DNA of 64,000 nt from Spirochaetota bacterium. GTDB taxonomy: Bacteria; Spirochaetota; UBA4802; UBA5550. Positions 38,671-49,152 of this stretch are shown one piece after another (positions within the stretch are counted from its first letter, which is position 1; every line of letters begins with the position of its first letter). The notes under the pieces were generated by a model. The model saw nothing but the letters and a program-made list of their open reading frames with translations. It made no database searches and was not told where the DNA came from. The stretch is taken from contig OY760686.1 in the NCBI GenBank assembly GCA_963663865.1, positions 64,001 through 128,000 on the forward strand, given 5' to 3'. The position numbers and the translations under genes were made by a program.

Positions 38671-41067
38671 ATGATCATTTATTTACCAGATGACGACCCC
38701 ATCCTAAACGAAAAAATAAAAAAAGAAATCGAGCTGAAGCTTTCGAAGGCATCTTTTTACGGGGATGTTACTGAAGACATGCATCTTCCAAAATATGAAA
38801 ACATCCATCTCAGGGGACTTTTTGATAATATGCTTAATGGTGTCGCACTTTGTAAAATGATTTTTGACAACGGCAAACCGGTTGACTATATCCATCTCGA
38901 TGTAAATAACAGCTATTATAGACTCACAGGCCTTAAAGATGTTATCGGGAAGAAAGCTTCCGAGCTTCTTCCCGATCTGGCCAAGACAGACACCGAACTC
39001 CTTAATCTCTACGGCCGTGTCGCCTCAAGCGGCGTCCCGGCAAAATTTGAAAGATACGTCGAAAGCATGAAAATGTGGTTCTCCGTGTCTACCTACTCTC
39101 CTGAAAAAGACTATTTCGTATCAATTTTTGACATAACAAATGAAAAAAAGACCATTCAGGAAACTCTCATCAGCACAGAAGCCAGATACTTCTCTTTGTA
39201 CAACAGCATGATTGACGGGATAGTCGGAACAGACATGGAAGGAAGAATTCTGGAATTCAATGAAGTATTCCGAAGTATGCTTGGATACGAAAAAGATGAA
39301 CTCCTTCAAATGACTTACAAGGACATAACCCCGGCAGTCTGGTCTGATTTTGAAGACGATATAGTCGCAAACCAGATAATTACAAGAGGCTATTCTGATG
39401 TCTATGAAAAGGAATATCTCAAAAAGGATGGAACAAAATTCCCTGTTGAATTGAGGACATCCCTGATCCGAGATCAAACCGGCCAGCCTGAAATGATGTG
39501 GGCAATAGTCCGAGATATTACTGAACGCAAGAGAAACGAGACTCAACTTCGTGAAAGTGAAAACCGTTTCAGATCAACTATTGAGCGAATGATTGAAGGC
39601 TGTCAAATAATAGGCTTCGACTGGAATTATATCTACATAAACCCCGCCGCAGAGATTCACAACCGAAGGCCGAAAGAAGAACTAATCGGCCGCAACTATG
39701 TCGAATCATGGCCGGGGATTGAACATACAGCCGTTTACTCTCTAATTAAGGAAAGTATGGACAAACGAATACATCTCGAAATGAAGAACGTCTTCACATA
39801 TCCTGATGGAGACACTGGCCTTTTCCAGATTCATGTTTTCCCGGTCCCTGAAGGAGTTTTTATTCAGTCTCTCGACATTACTGAAAACCGCAAACTTCAG
39901 GAACAGATAATCCAGGCACAAAAAAATCAGAGCATTGGAACTCTTGCCTCTGGCATAGCACATGACTTCAACAACATTCTTGAAATAATCTATGGTTATA
40001 CAACATTGATAGAAAAGAATCCCTGCAACACAGGAATGATTGATGAATATACTGCCAACATTGAACGTACCGTCACCAGGGGCTCAGAGCTTGTTAAGCA
40101 GATTCTGACCTTTGCGCGGCAGACAGATTCAGTATTCAGCCCGGTTTACCTCAACATCATTCTGCAGGATCTGATTTCCATGTTAAGACAGACCTTTCCT
40201 AAAGTTATAAAGATATTTTTTCATTCATCCCCTGACCTTAAACCCATCAATGGAGAGCGATCTCAGCTCCATCAAATAATGCTTAATCTGAGTGTAAACG
40301 CCCGTGACGCTATGCCCGATGGAGGAAGCCTCTCTTTTAAATTAGACATGGTCAATGGCAAGGAACTCATTCAAATGTTCCCGACAGCGGAACCAATTCA
40401 ATACGCACGTATAACAGTCACAGATACCGGAACAGGCATGGATGAAGACACAAAAAACCGTATATTCGACCCCTTTTTCACAACAAAAGAAAAAGGTAAA
40501 GGAACCGGGCTCGGCCTGGCAGTTGTTTATGGAGTTATAAAATCACATCGGGGCCTTATTGATATTACAACAGCTCCAGGAAAAGGAACAACTTTCAGGA
40601 TATACTTCCCAGTCACCGAAGATTCAACAGAAGAACGCAATGTCCTTCCAACCATAGAGCCATTGGCCGTTCAAGACTTTTCTGGAAAAACCATTCTCTA
40701 TATCGAAGACGAGGACGACCTCATTGACATAATGACAGATTATTTCGATGCCGCCGGTTTTCATATTATCGTGGCCAAAAACGGAACAGATGGAGTCAGG
40801 CTGTATCGTGAAAATCTCAATAGAATTGACCTTGTATTAAGCGATATGGGACTCCCAGAAATGACAGGTGATGAGGTCTTTTCTGAAATTATGAGAATAA
40901 ATCCCAGTGCCGTAGTCATTTTGGCAAGCGGTTACTTCGAACCGGGGGCTAAACAAAAACTCGTCGGAGTTCGCGCATTCCTCGATAAGCCTTACAACCC
41001 GGGACATGCACTTGATACAATACGGAAGGTTCTGTCGGAGCGACCTGGTTCCACCCGACGGCATTGA
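38671..41067 (+). CDS. Hybrid PAS sensor histidine kinase/response regulator
   Basis: Three PAS-like segments; H-box GIAHDFNN, NARDAM, DTGTGM, FFTTK..GTGLGL; receiver EDE/SDMG/KP. Confidence 0.95.
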   Translation: MIIYLPDDDPILNEKIKKEIELKLSKASFYGDVTEDMHLPKYENIHLRGLFDNMLNGVALCKMIFDNGKPVDYIHLDVNNSYYRLTGLKDVIGKKASELLPDLAKTDTELLNLYGRVASSGVPAKFERYVESMKMWFSVSTYSPEKDYFVSIFDITNEKKTIQETLISTEARYFSLYNSMIDGIVGTDMEGRILEFNEVFRSMLGYEKDELLQMTYKDITPAVWSDFEDDIVANQIITRGYSDVYEKEYLKKDGTKFPVELRTSLIRDQTGQPEMMWAIVRDITERKRNETQLRESENRFRSTIERMIEGCQIIGFDWNYIYINPAAEIHNRRPKEELIGRNYVESWPGIEHTAVYSLIKESMDKRIHLEMKNVFTYPDGDTGLFQIHVFPVPEGVFIQSLDITENRKLQEQIIQAQKNQSIGTLASGIAHDFNNILEIIYGYTTLIEKNPCNTGMIDEYTANIERTVTRGSELVKQILTFARQTDSVFSPVYLNIILQDLISMLRQTFPKVIKIFFHSSPDLKPINGERSQLHQIMLNLSVNARDAMPDGGSLSFKLDMVNGKELIQMFPTAEPIQYARITVTDTGTGMDEDTKNRIFDPFFTTKEKGKGTGLGLAVVYGVIKSHRGLIDITTAPGKGTTFRIYFPVTEDSTEERNVLPTIEPLAVQDFSGKTILYIEDEDDLIDIMTDYFDAAGFHIIVAKNGTDGVRLYRENLNRIDLVLSDMGLPEMTGDEVFSEIMRINPSAVVILASGYFEPGAKQKLVGVRAFLDKPYNPGHALDTIRKVLSERPGSTRRH

Positions 41068-42273
41068 TTATAAAGCTGAGGAATTTCCCGCGATAGCCCC
41101 GCTGCTCCAGGCGAACTGAAGATTGTAGCCGCCGCTGTCACCGTCTATATTTAAAAGCTCCCCGGTAATATAAAGCCCGTCAGCGATTCGGGACATCATC
41201 GTCTCCGGATCAACTTCAGCGGTGTCGACTCCGCCCGCTGCGGCTACAGCCTCATGGAAACCCCTCGGCTTGCCCGGCTCAAGCTCCATCCTTTTGAGCG
41301 CGGAAAGCAGCGCTTTGTGCTCAGCCGCGCTGAGAGACTCGACTCGCTTCTCACCGTCTACACCGGCGTAAAAGCAGACAAACTCCGGAAGACGGTCCCT
41401 CAGTATTCCGGCAAGGCTGAAGACGGCCTTTTTCCTTCCGTCCTTCCAGATGTCTTCAGCCATGCGGGCAAGCTCTTCGCTGGTCCTGTCCGGGAAAAGG
41501 TCAACGCATATCCTCACATCGCCGCCGCGGTTTTCATTTACAGTCCTTGACGCGGCCAGCGACACCGGCCCTGAGATACCATATGAGGTAAAGAGGATTT
41601 CACCTTCAAAGCGGCCTGCCTGTTTCCCGCCGACCTCAACGGCAAGCGACACATCGCGCTTAATACCCTCAAGCTGATGAAGCCTCTTCAGAGCAATGTT
41701 TATAGGCTGGATAACCGGCGCCGGTTCAATAATTTTGTGACCCAGCTTCTCCGCCAGCTCATATCCCATTCTGCTGCCCCCCAGATTGGGAAAAGCGCAG
41801 CTTCCGCACGCGAGAATAACAGCATCGCAGTCTGCGCTCTCGCCGGGCGTCATTACCTGAAAGCCCTTTCCGGCTGGAACAATATCCACCGCTTTACGGT
41901 TGAGCCTGAGTTCAATTCCGCGCCTCTTGATTTCGTATTGGAATATCTTTGTAACTGAGGAGGCCTGCAGCGAGGCGGGAAAGAGCCTGCCGCCCTCCTC
42001 TACAAATGGAAGCCCTATGTTGTAAAAAAAAGCAGCGGTGTCAGCCGGAGTGAACAGCTGAAGCACTCTTTCTGCGAACAGCCGGTCTCCATGAAAGTTA
42101 TGGGGGGATATGGACGTATTGGAGATATTGCACCGTCCGTTTCCGGTAGCGGCAAGTTTTCGTCCAATTTTGCTTTCCTTTTCGAAGATTGTTACGACAG
42201 CGCCTTTTTCAGCGGCAGCGCATGCCGCCATAAGGCCGGATGCGCCGGCCCCTATAACCGCTACACGTTTCAA
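41068..42273 (-). CDS. HI0933/BaiN/YhiN family flavoprotein
   Basis: GAGASG, TGNGRCN, GEILFT..GISGP, GELLNIDGDSGGYNLQFAWSSG. Confidence 0.93.
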   Translation of the reverse strand: MKRVAVIGAGASGLMAACAAAEKGAVVTIFEKESKIGRKLAATGNGRCNISNTSISPHNFHGDRLFAERVLQLFTPADTAAFFYNIGLPFVEEGGRLFPASLQASSVTKIFQYEIKRRGIELRLNRKAVDIVPAGKGFQVMTPGESADCDAVILACGSCAFPNLGGSRMGYELAEKLGHKIIEPAPVIQPINIALKRLHQLEGIKRDVSLAVEVGGKQAGRFEGEILFTSYGISGPVSLAASRTVNENRGGDVRICVDLFPDRTSEELARMAEDIWKDGRKKAVFSLAGILRDRLPEFVCFYAGVDGEKRVESLSAAEHKALLSALKRMELEPGKPRGFHEAVAAAGGVDTAEVDPETMMSRIADGLYITGELLNIDGDSGGYNLQFAWSSGAIAGNSSAL

Positions 42274-42282
42274 AATACGCTC

Positions 42283-42774
42283 CTATTTCTTTCGAGCTTC
42301 CCACGAGGAGAGAGCGCCGGCTTCGCTGAATGTCCCTTTAATGGTCATGCCGTCAGCGGTAAACTCTCCCCTGTAGACCTGCCTGTAAAGCCTGCTCGCC
42401 CCGAGCTCATTCATCTCTTTCGCGTTGTTGACGCTTCTTTCAAAGTATATCAGCCTGTTTCTGATACTCAGCTTTTTCATTTCCTCAGGCCTTCCTTTGC
42501 CAAGCGATGCAAATTGTATCGTTCCGGAGTACGCTCCGTCTCTCTTAACTATCCGCAGCACCCCTTCGAATTTGCCCACTGTCACATAGTACTCAGTCGT
42601 TTTGCTTTCAGACGCAGCCTCTTCATCGGGCGTACCACTTTCGGTCTCCTTCACAGGATTGTCCGGATCGGGGATGTCAATATCCGGTGAATCGGGCTTT
42701 TCCTGCGCAGTTTTACAGAAAGGCGACCACAGAACCGCGGACACCAGCATAAACAATGCCAGCTTTTTTTTCAT
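42283..42774 (-). CDS. Hypothetical exported protein or lipoprotein
   Basis: GAGGAGG RBS; signal peptide with Cys; acidic/Pro linker; beta-rich C-domain. Confidence 0.7.
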   Translation of the reverse strand: MKKKLALFMLVSAVLWSPFCKTAQEKPDSPDIDIPDPDNPVKETESGTPDEEAASESKTTEYYVTVGKFEGVLRIVKRDGAYSGTIQFASLGKGRPEEMKKLSIRNRLIYFERSVNNAKEMNELGASRLYRQVYRGEFTADGMTIKGTFSEAGALSSWEARKK

Positions 42775-42808
42775 ATCAGGCCTCCTCAAGATTATACAAC
42801 TACAATCG

Positions 42809-43810
42809 TCAGGAAGCCTGTGTTTCTTTTGCTTTATTTATCAATCCGGCATAGAATAGAAGAAGAATGCCAACCCCTGACCAGACAAAGGTCCTGAGTC
42901 TTCTGATGATGCCAAGCGATAACCCGAGGGCCGGGTCGTAACCCAACATAGAGAGCGCCAGGGAATACGACCCCTCGCTTGACCCCAGATTGGCCGGCAT
43001 AAAAAACATGGCGCTTGTAAGAATAAACCCGAATATGTAGACAAACATTGCGTGTAAAATGCTGAAATTTCCTGCCGCACCGCTGAACTTAACAATGAGG
43101 TATATTTCAAAAGTTGAAACTGTCAGGGTTATAAAGTAATGTATCAGAAGGGATGCTATAAATCGCCTCCTGTTTTTGCCCTTCAGCAGCAGGCCAAGTT
43201 CTTCGTCCAGCATCTTGATTTTTTCGCGCCTGCTGTCCGTCAGAAGCTTATCCCTGAGGCGGCGCGGCAGCTTTGACACGAAAAACGCAAGAAAACCCTT
43301 TTTCTGCTGATGGAGAATCAGCGCCATAAGCGCCATCGCCCCGGCCATCGCCGCCAGACTGATTACAGAGAAGAGAACCGGAAGGTCCAGCACAAAGAGG
43401 GCGGTTATTATCCCCGTTAAAAAGATGAAGATAGCTGATATGGAATGTATCGTTCTGTCCAGAACGACCGAGGCCAGTCCCGTCTTGAGAGGAACGATGT
43501 CCCTGACATAGAGCGCTTTAATCGGCTCACCCGCGACAGCGCCGAGGGCGTTGATTGAAGCGGTTGCGTCTCCGGCCACTCGCGCGGCGAAAAGCCTGAG
43601 TGAATTCCCGAGGCCCTTTGGACAGGGAAGAAACAGGCCCCACGCAAGGGCCATCCCGCCATTGCTTATTATGTGAATAAGGACAACCGGAGCGAAATAC
43701 CATCCGAGGCTCTTCATGTGGTCTACTGTAGATGCGGCTCCGAATGTCTTAAAGAGGACTGCCAGAATAACAACACCCGCGGCGAGAAATATATACTTTG
43801 TCTTTTTCAC
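42809..43810 (-). CDS. Lysylphosphatidylglycerol synthase TM domain (flippase-like) protein
   Basis: AGEPIK, SVVLDR, PANLGSSEG, IIRRLR; multi-TM. Confidence 0.85.
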   Translation of the reverse strand: MKKTKYIFLAAGVVILAVLFKTFGAASTVDHMKSLGWYFAPVVLIHIISNGGMALAWGLFLPCPKGLGNSLRLFAARVAGDATASINALGAVAGEPIKALYVRDIVPLKTGLASVVLDRTIHSISAIFIFLTGIITALFVLDLPVLFSVISLAAMAGAMALMALILHQQKKGFLAFFVSKLPRRLRDKLLTDSRREKIKMLDEELGLLLKGKNRRRFIASLLIHYFITLTVSTFEIYLIVKFSGAAGNFSILHAMFVYIFGFILTSAMFFMPANLGSSEGSYSLALSMLGYDPALGLSLGIIRRLRTFVWSGVGILLLFYAGLINKAKETQAS

Positions 43811-43834
43811 AGGAAGCTCCGGGAAGGCCCTGAA

Positions 43835-45592
43835 TCAGAGTCTCACCGCGCAAACGGTAAAGTCGTCTCTGTGATCTTCAGCGATAGTGCTTCTGCGGGC
43901 CAAATCATTTAGTTGCCTGATGAAACCATCAAGGCTATCATTCAGAAATGACGCAGCCGTTTCAGCAAGCCTTTTTTCACCGGCGAATATATCAAGGTCC
44001 TTCTCGCCAAGGCACTCCACCACGCCGTCAGTGTACATTACAAGCATATCGCCGGTGCAGTAGCTGACCGTGCACTGTTCGTAGTCAACGCCCGGGATTA
44101 TACCGAGGGGCTTACCTCTTGAGCCGAGGGAGACAACCCCGCTCCCGTCCATTCTAACGAGAAGCTGGTCGTTGTGCCCTGCGCTTCCATAAGTAATTGT
44201 ACGCGCGGCGGTGTCGACTACCGCGTAAAAAACTGTGACAAACATCCCGTATTCGGATTCCTGATAAACCGAGTCATTGCTTTTCGAAAGAACGGCTGAG
44301 GGGCTGAAATCAACCTCTTTGTGGGCCCTTATTATGTTTCTGACGGCGCCCATAAAAAGCGCGGCCGGTATACCTTTTCCGGAAATGTCCGCGATCAGAA
44401 TGCCGTATCTATCATCATCGAACCTGAAAAAATCGTAGAAGTCCCCGCCGATCTCCTTTGCCGGCTTGTTGTAGGCGGCGATGCTGCAGCCTCCGAAGGT
44501 CTCAGGCATCCCCTTGAGAAACTTCCTCTGTACCTGGGCAGCAATCTCCATGTCGCGTTCAATCTGCTTCTGCTTCTCGAGCCTTACCCTGTTGAGGCTC
44601 CCGAGATAGGCTTCCGCAATCTGCACAGCTGCTGCCGTAAGCACCCTGAGGTCGAATGAATCAAACTGACTCCCCGATACCTTGTCGGTAAGATTCAGCA
44701 CGCCTATCACCGTGCTCTTGTAGAACAAAGGCATTGATATGAACGAGAAAGTGCGGTAACGCCTGCCATTATTCACGGGATAATGAGCGTCATTTTTCTT
44801 AATATCAGCGGCTATAATCGGGTTGCCGGTCTCAAAGACACGCTTTGAAACTGAATCGTCACCGGCAGTAAAATCCGTACCGGGGAGCCCGTAGGCCCCC
44901 TTGATTTCAAGCCTACGCTTCGCCGTGTCGTATATCATGACTGAAGCCCGCTCAACCCTCATTGATGAAGCAAGCGATTCTATCAACATCTGTAAAATAT
45001 CCTCGTGAGCTCCCGCCCTTGATATTGAGCTTGATATCTCGTACAGTGCGGAGAGCTCATCAACCCGTCTGCGGAGATCATCATGAAGCATTCTGTTTGT
45101 GAGAGCAAGAGCGGCCTGTTCTGCGACGTAACGGGCCATTTCGAGGTCGTCTGCCGTAAAGCCCTCTTCCTTATTGAGCGAGTTTACGACCTCCAGCACC
45201 CCTACAAGCTCGTCCATCATGAGCATGGGCACGGCTATCAGATTTCTCGTTACGAAGCCGGACTTAAGGTCAATATCACCGTAAAACCTTCCGTCATTCC
45301 TGGGATCATTTACGATGTACGACTGCCTGGTTTCCGCGGCCCTCCCGGCGATACCGACACCCCTCGGCACCCTCTCTCCGGTAATTATCTCGCCGCTGTC
45401 CCCGATGACAACATCAAATATCAGGTCGCCTGTCTCCCTGTCATGCAGCAGCACCGACGACGACTCAGCCCGGGCTATCTCACGGGCGACCTGAAGGATC
45501 TTCTCCATAAGCTCGGAGAGTCTCATTCTTGAGGATATCGACTTGTTTATGCCCCGCAGCAGGCCTATATCTACTTCTCTTGTTTTTTCCAC
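43835..45592 (-). CDS. GAF-GAF-SpoIIE (PP2C) phosphatase
   Basis: Two GAF domains; IGGDFYD, ADISGKG, SAGH, YTDGV, DDFT. Confidence 0.93.
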   Translation of the reverse strand: MEKTREVDIGLLRGINKSISSRMRLSELMEKILQVAREIARAESSSVLLHDRETGDLIFDVVIGDSGEIITGERVPRGVGIAGRAAETRQSYIVNDPRNDGRFYGDIDLKSGFVTRNLIAVPMLMMDELVGVLEVVNSLNKEEGFTADDLEMARYVAEQAALALTNRMLHDDLRRRVDELSALYEISSSISRAGAHEDILQMLIESLASSMRVERASVMIYDTAKRRLEIKGAYGLPGTDFTAGDDSVSKRVFETGNPIIAADIKKNDAHYPVNNGRRYRTFSFISMPLFYKSTVIGVLNLTDKVSGSQFDSFDLRVLTAAAVQIAEAYLGSLNRVRLEKQKQIERDMEIAAQVQRKFLKGMPETFGGCSIAAYNKPAKEIGGDFYDFFRFDDDRYGILIADISGKGIPAALFMGAVRNIIRAHKEVDFSPSAVLSKSNDSVYQESEYGMFVTVFYAVVDTAARTITYGSAGHNDQLLVRMDGSGVVSLGSRGKPLGIIPGVDYEQCTVSYCTGDMLVMYTDGVVECLGEKDLDIFAGEKRLAETAASFLNDSLDGFIRQLNDLARRSTIAEDHRDDFTVCAVRL

Positions 45593-45793
45593 ATTGCTTA
45601 CCAGTTCATTTTTTGCTTCCCGATCTTAACACTTGACACTCATATCATCAAGCTAAAAACACGGCGCTTTTTTTCTTTATTACAACGGCCATAAAACCGA
45701 TATTCTGTACAAGCGAAAAAGCGTTGACCTGTTTTTCAGTTTCACCGCAATATGAGACATAACTTATCCGCTCATCGAACCCGGGGAGGTCCA

Positions 45794-48022
45794 GTGAAAA
45801 AGACAATTATGATTATCGGCGGGGGACTGCTTCAGCTCCCGGTAATCAATACCGCAAAGAGAATGGGACTTCAGGTCATAGTAACCGACTATAACCCAAA
45901 CGCAATCGGTATGAAGGACGCCGATATCCCACTGGTAATGAGCACAAAGGACATCGAGGGCTCAGTACGCGCCGCCAGGGCCCAGAACGAGATAACTCCC
46001 ATCAGCGCCGTGCTCACCGTTGGAACGGACGCCTCCATGGCTGTTGCCGCTGTCGCGAACGCGCTTAAGCTGCCGGGCATAAAGTTTGACGATGCCGAAG
46101 CGGCCACAAACAAGATAAAGATGAGAATGCGCTTTAAGGAACACGGAGTGCCCTCGCCTGATTTTTTACCTGTATGGTCCCTATCTGACGCCAAAAAAGC
46201 ATGCAAAGTAATCAAATTTCCGGTTGTGATAAAGCCGTCAGACAATATGGGAGCAAGAGGCGTATCCCGCGTTAACAACATGAACGAACTCAAGGAAGCC
46301 TTTGAATTCGCGAAAAGCGCCTCACCAAGCGGCGAACTGATTCTTGAAGAGATGATGGAAGGCCCCGAGCTTTCTATCGACGCGATTATCTACAACGGCG
46401 ATGTAACCTTCACGGGTATTGCGGACCGGATAATCAAATATCCGCCCTTCTTTGTTGAGATAGGGCACAATATGCCCTCGGCAATGCCCGATAGCGTTAT
46501 AGAATCTGCCTGTGACGTTATGAAACAGGGCATCAGGGCGCTCGGGCTGACACTCGGCGCTGCAAAGGGCGATATCAAGATTACCTCTCAGGGCCCGATG
46601 ATCGGGGAGCTTGCCGGCAGGCTTTCAGGCGGCTTCATGTCTGCCTATACCTATCCGCTCTCGACGGGTGTTGACCTGATGAAAGCAGCCATCGAGGTTG
46701 CTCTCGGACAGGAACCGGGCAACCTCGAACCCGTTTTAAGCAAGGTCTCGATTGAACGCTCTATCATATCCGCCCCTGGATACGTTAAAAGGATATCGGG
46801 ACTTGAAGAAGCTTTAAAAGTACCCGGTATTAAAGAAATATTTATTGATGTCAAGGTTGGAGACAAGATTTCTCCTCCCCGCTCCAACGTTGAGAAGACC
46901 GGACATATAATCGCCGCGGCCGACACCCTCGAGGAAGCCGAGGCAGCGTTCAATGACTGTATGTCGCTTTTAAAAATAGAGATCCTTGAAGAACCTGCTC
47001 TGACGATGGACGCTATCAATCTTTCCGCGCGGGAAAAGTTCAAGAAGATATGCTATGTATGTAAAAACTGCGACGGCAAGGACTGCCCGACAGGCGTCCC
47101 GGGAATGGGCGGTACCGGAACCGGTGCGTCTTTTCGCAGAAACATTGAATCACTCAGGGCATTTTCGGTGACAACAAGACTGGTTCACGACATCTCAAGC
47201 CCGGACATATCCGCCTCATTTTTAGGCACAAGGATATCGCTCCCGGTAATGGCTGCGCCGATTACCGGGGCGGTAACGAATATGGGCGGTGCCATTGATG
47301 AGCTTGACTACAACATCGCCGTTCTAAAAGGCTGCTCTGATGCCGGAACAATTGCCTTTGTCGGCGACGGCGCTTCTCCTGAAAAGTACCGTATTGGTCT
47401 TCAGGCCGTGCAGGAAACCGGCGCAAAGGCTGTCGCTATCTTTAAGCCTCGCAGCGACAACAGCGACATCATAACCCGGATAAGGGCCGCGGAAGAAGCC
47501 GGGGTGCTTGGCGTAGGGGTCGATATTGACGCAGTCGTGTTCAAGACCATGGCCATGAAGAACCAGGCAGTCGGGCCTAAAGGGCTGAAAAGCCTCAAGG
47601 AGCTGATATCATCAACCGATCTTCCTTTTATCCTCAAGGGCATTATGAATCCGGAAGACGCGTTAAGATGCGCTGAAGCCGGCGCAGCCGGCATTATCGT
47701 CTCGAATCATGGCGGAAGGGTCATGGATGACATGCCGGGCGGCATGGATGTCCTGCAGGAGATAACGGAATCCCTCGAAGGCAGGCTCACAGTGCTCGTT
47801 GACGGCGGGTTCCGGCTCGGTGTTGATGTAATCAAGGCGATGTCGCTCGGCGCTGACGCTGTACTTGTCGGACGCCCCATAGCTATAGCGGCAGTTGGCA
47901 TGGGATCGCAGGGGGTTTCATTCTATCTTGATACCTTCGCGGCGGACCTCCGAAAGTCAATGATACTTACCGGATGCGCAGACACGGGTTCATTTACAGG
48001 GAATCTGGTTAGAAAGTTTTGA
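45794..48022 (+). CDS. ATP-grasp domain fused to FMN-dependent alpha-hydroxy-acid dehydrogenase
   Basis: NKIKMR, IKPSDNMGARGV, EEMMEGPELS, ELAGRLSGG; then CYVCKNCDGKDC, APITG, ILKGI, SNHGGR, DGGFR; GTG start after GGAGG. Confidence 0.9.
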   Translation: MKKTIMIIGGGLLQLPVINTAKRMGLQVIVTDYNPNAIGMKDADIPLVMSTKDIEGSVRAARAQNEITPISAVLTVGTDASMAVAAVANALKLPGIKFDDAEAATNKIKMRMRFKEHGVPSPDFLPVWSLSDAKKACKVIKFPVVIKPSDNMGARGVSRVNNMNELKEAFEFAKSASPSGELILEEMMEGPELSIDAIIYNGDVTFTGIADRIIKYPPFFVEIGHNMPSAMPDSVIESACDVMKQGIRALGLTLGAAKGDIKITSQGPMIGELAGRLSGGFMSAYTYPLSTGVDLMKAAIEVALGQEPGNLEPVLSKVSIERSIISAPGYVKRISGLEEALKVPGIKEIFIDVKVGDKISPPRSNVEKTGHIIAAADTLEEAEAAFNDCMSLLKIEILEEPALTMDAINLSAREKFKKICYVCKNCDGKDCPTGVPGMGGTGTGASFRRNIESLRAFSVTTRLVHDISSPDISASFLGTRISLPVMAAPITGAVTNMGGAIDELDYNIAVLKGCSDAGTIAFVGDGASPEKYRIGLQAVQETGAKAVAIFKPRSDNSDIITRIRAAEEAGVLGVGVDIDAVVFKTMAMKNQAVGPKGLKSLKELISSTDLPFILKGIMNPEDALRCAEAGAAGIIVSNHGGRVMDDMPGGMDVLQEITESLEGRLTVLVDGGFRLGVDVIKAMSLGADAVLVGRPIAIAAVGMGSQGVSFYLDTFAADLRKSMILTGCADTGSFTGNLVRKF

Positions 48023-48187
48023 TGCTGGCCGTTTGAATGGATCATACTGCTGCGCAATCCAAGCCCCGGCGGGCTAAAAATATCTTGCTTTTATCATGAC
48101 CAGATTTTAACTTAGCTGGATGTCGGTACAGTGATGCGTGCTGATTAAGCAATTTCAGCGCACTCTTATAAACAGGAGACTCGTTAA

Positions 48188-49147
48188 ATGCAGATCAAAT
48201 TGTGGGGTGTCAGAGGATCCCTTCCCGCTCCATTGACAAATAGAGAATACCGTCAAAAGCTTTTCCGTGTGCTGTCGCTTGCCTCGGATTACGGCCTCGA
48301 AGGAAAAGAAGCTGTATCTGATTTTATGAATTCACTGCCTCGTGAATTGGCGCGTATTTCAGGCGGAGACACAACCTGCGTTCAGGTTACTTCAGACAGC
48401 GGGAAAATATATATACTCGACTGCGGCACAGGGATTAGGAACCTGGGCAATGTTCTAATGAGGGGAGAATTCGGCAAGGGAGCCGGAGAAGCAAATATTC
48501 TCCTGACACACAATCACTGGGACCACATACAGGGCCTTCCCTTCTTCAAGCCGCTCTACGTTCCCGGGAATAAACTGAACTTCTATTCTCCATACAAAAA
48601 TCAGGAAGCCATGCTCTCAAGGCAGATGGAGGCTCCTCATTTTCCGGCCTCTTTTGAGAACACCCTTTCAACTAAAAGCTTTAACTATGTTGATCCATTT
48701 TCAGGAGAACCCTATGAGCTCGAAGAAGGCCTCCTGGTTGACATGTATCCGCTGACTCACCCCAACGGCAGCTTCGGATACCGTTTCAGACAGGGAGGAA
48801 AGACCTTCGTTTTTGCTACCGATGCGGAGTTCACGGGAGAGACGCTCGAAAAGCAGGGTTCAGACATTGAATTTTTCAAAAACGCGGATGTCCTTGTACT
48901 TGACTCACAGTACACCCTTGAAGAATCTTTTATGAAAATAGACTGGGGACATACGAGCTACACGATGGCCGTCAACTGCGCGCTTCGATGGAATGTGAGA
49001 AACCTTGTACTGACTCACCACGAACCGGATTACGACGACAGGAAGCTTTTTGAAAACTACCGCATGGCACTCCGCCACTCCGCGGACAGCGGCGAAAACT
49101 CTCTAAGAATTTACCTTGCCGCGGAAGGGATGTCATTCAGGCTATAG
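48188..49147 (+). CDS. MBL-fold metallo-hydrolase
   Basis: WGVRGS, GGDTTC, DCGTG, THNHWDHIQG, WGH, HHEP. Confidence 0.92.
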   Translation: MQIKLWGVRGSLPAPLTNREYRQKLFRVLSLASDYGLEGKEAVSDFMNSLPRELARISGGDTTCVQVTSDSGKIYILDCGTGIRNLGNVLMRGEFGKGAGEANILLTHNHWDHIQGLPFFKPLYVPGNKLNFYSPYKNQEAMLSRQMEAPHFPASFENTLSTKSFNYVDPFSGEPYELEEGLLVDMYPLTHPNGSFGYRFRQGGKTFVFATDAEFTGETLEKQGSDIEFFKNADVLVLDSQYTLEESFMKIDWGHTSYTMAVNCALRWNVRNLVLTHHEPDYDDRKLFENYRMALRHSADSGENSLRIYLAAEGMSFRL

Positions 49148-49152
49148 GGCCC

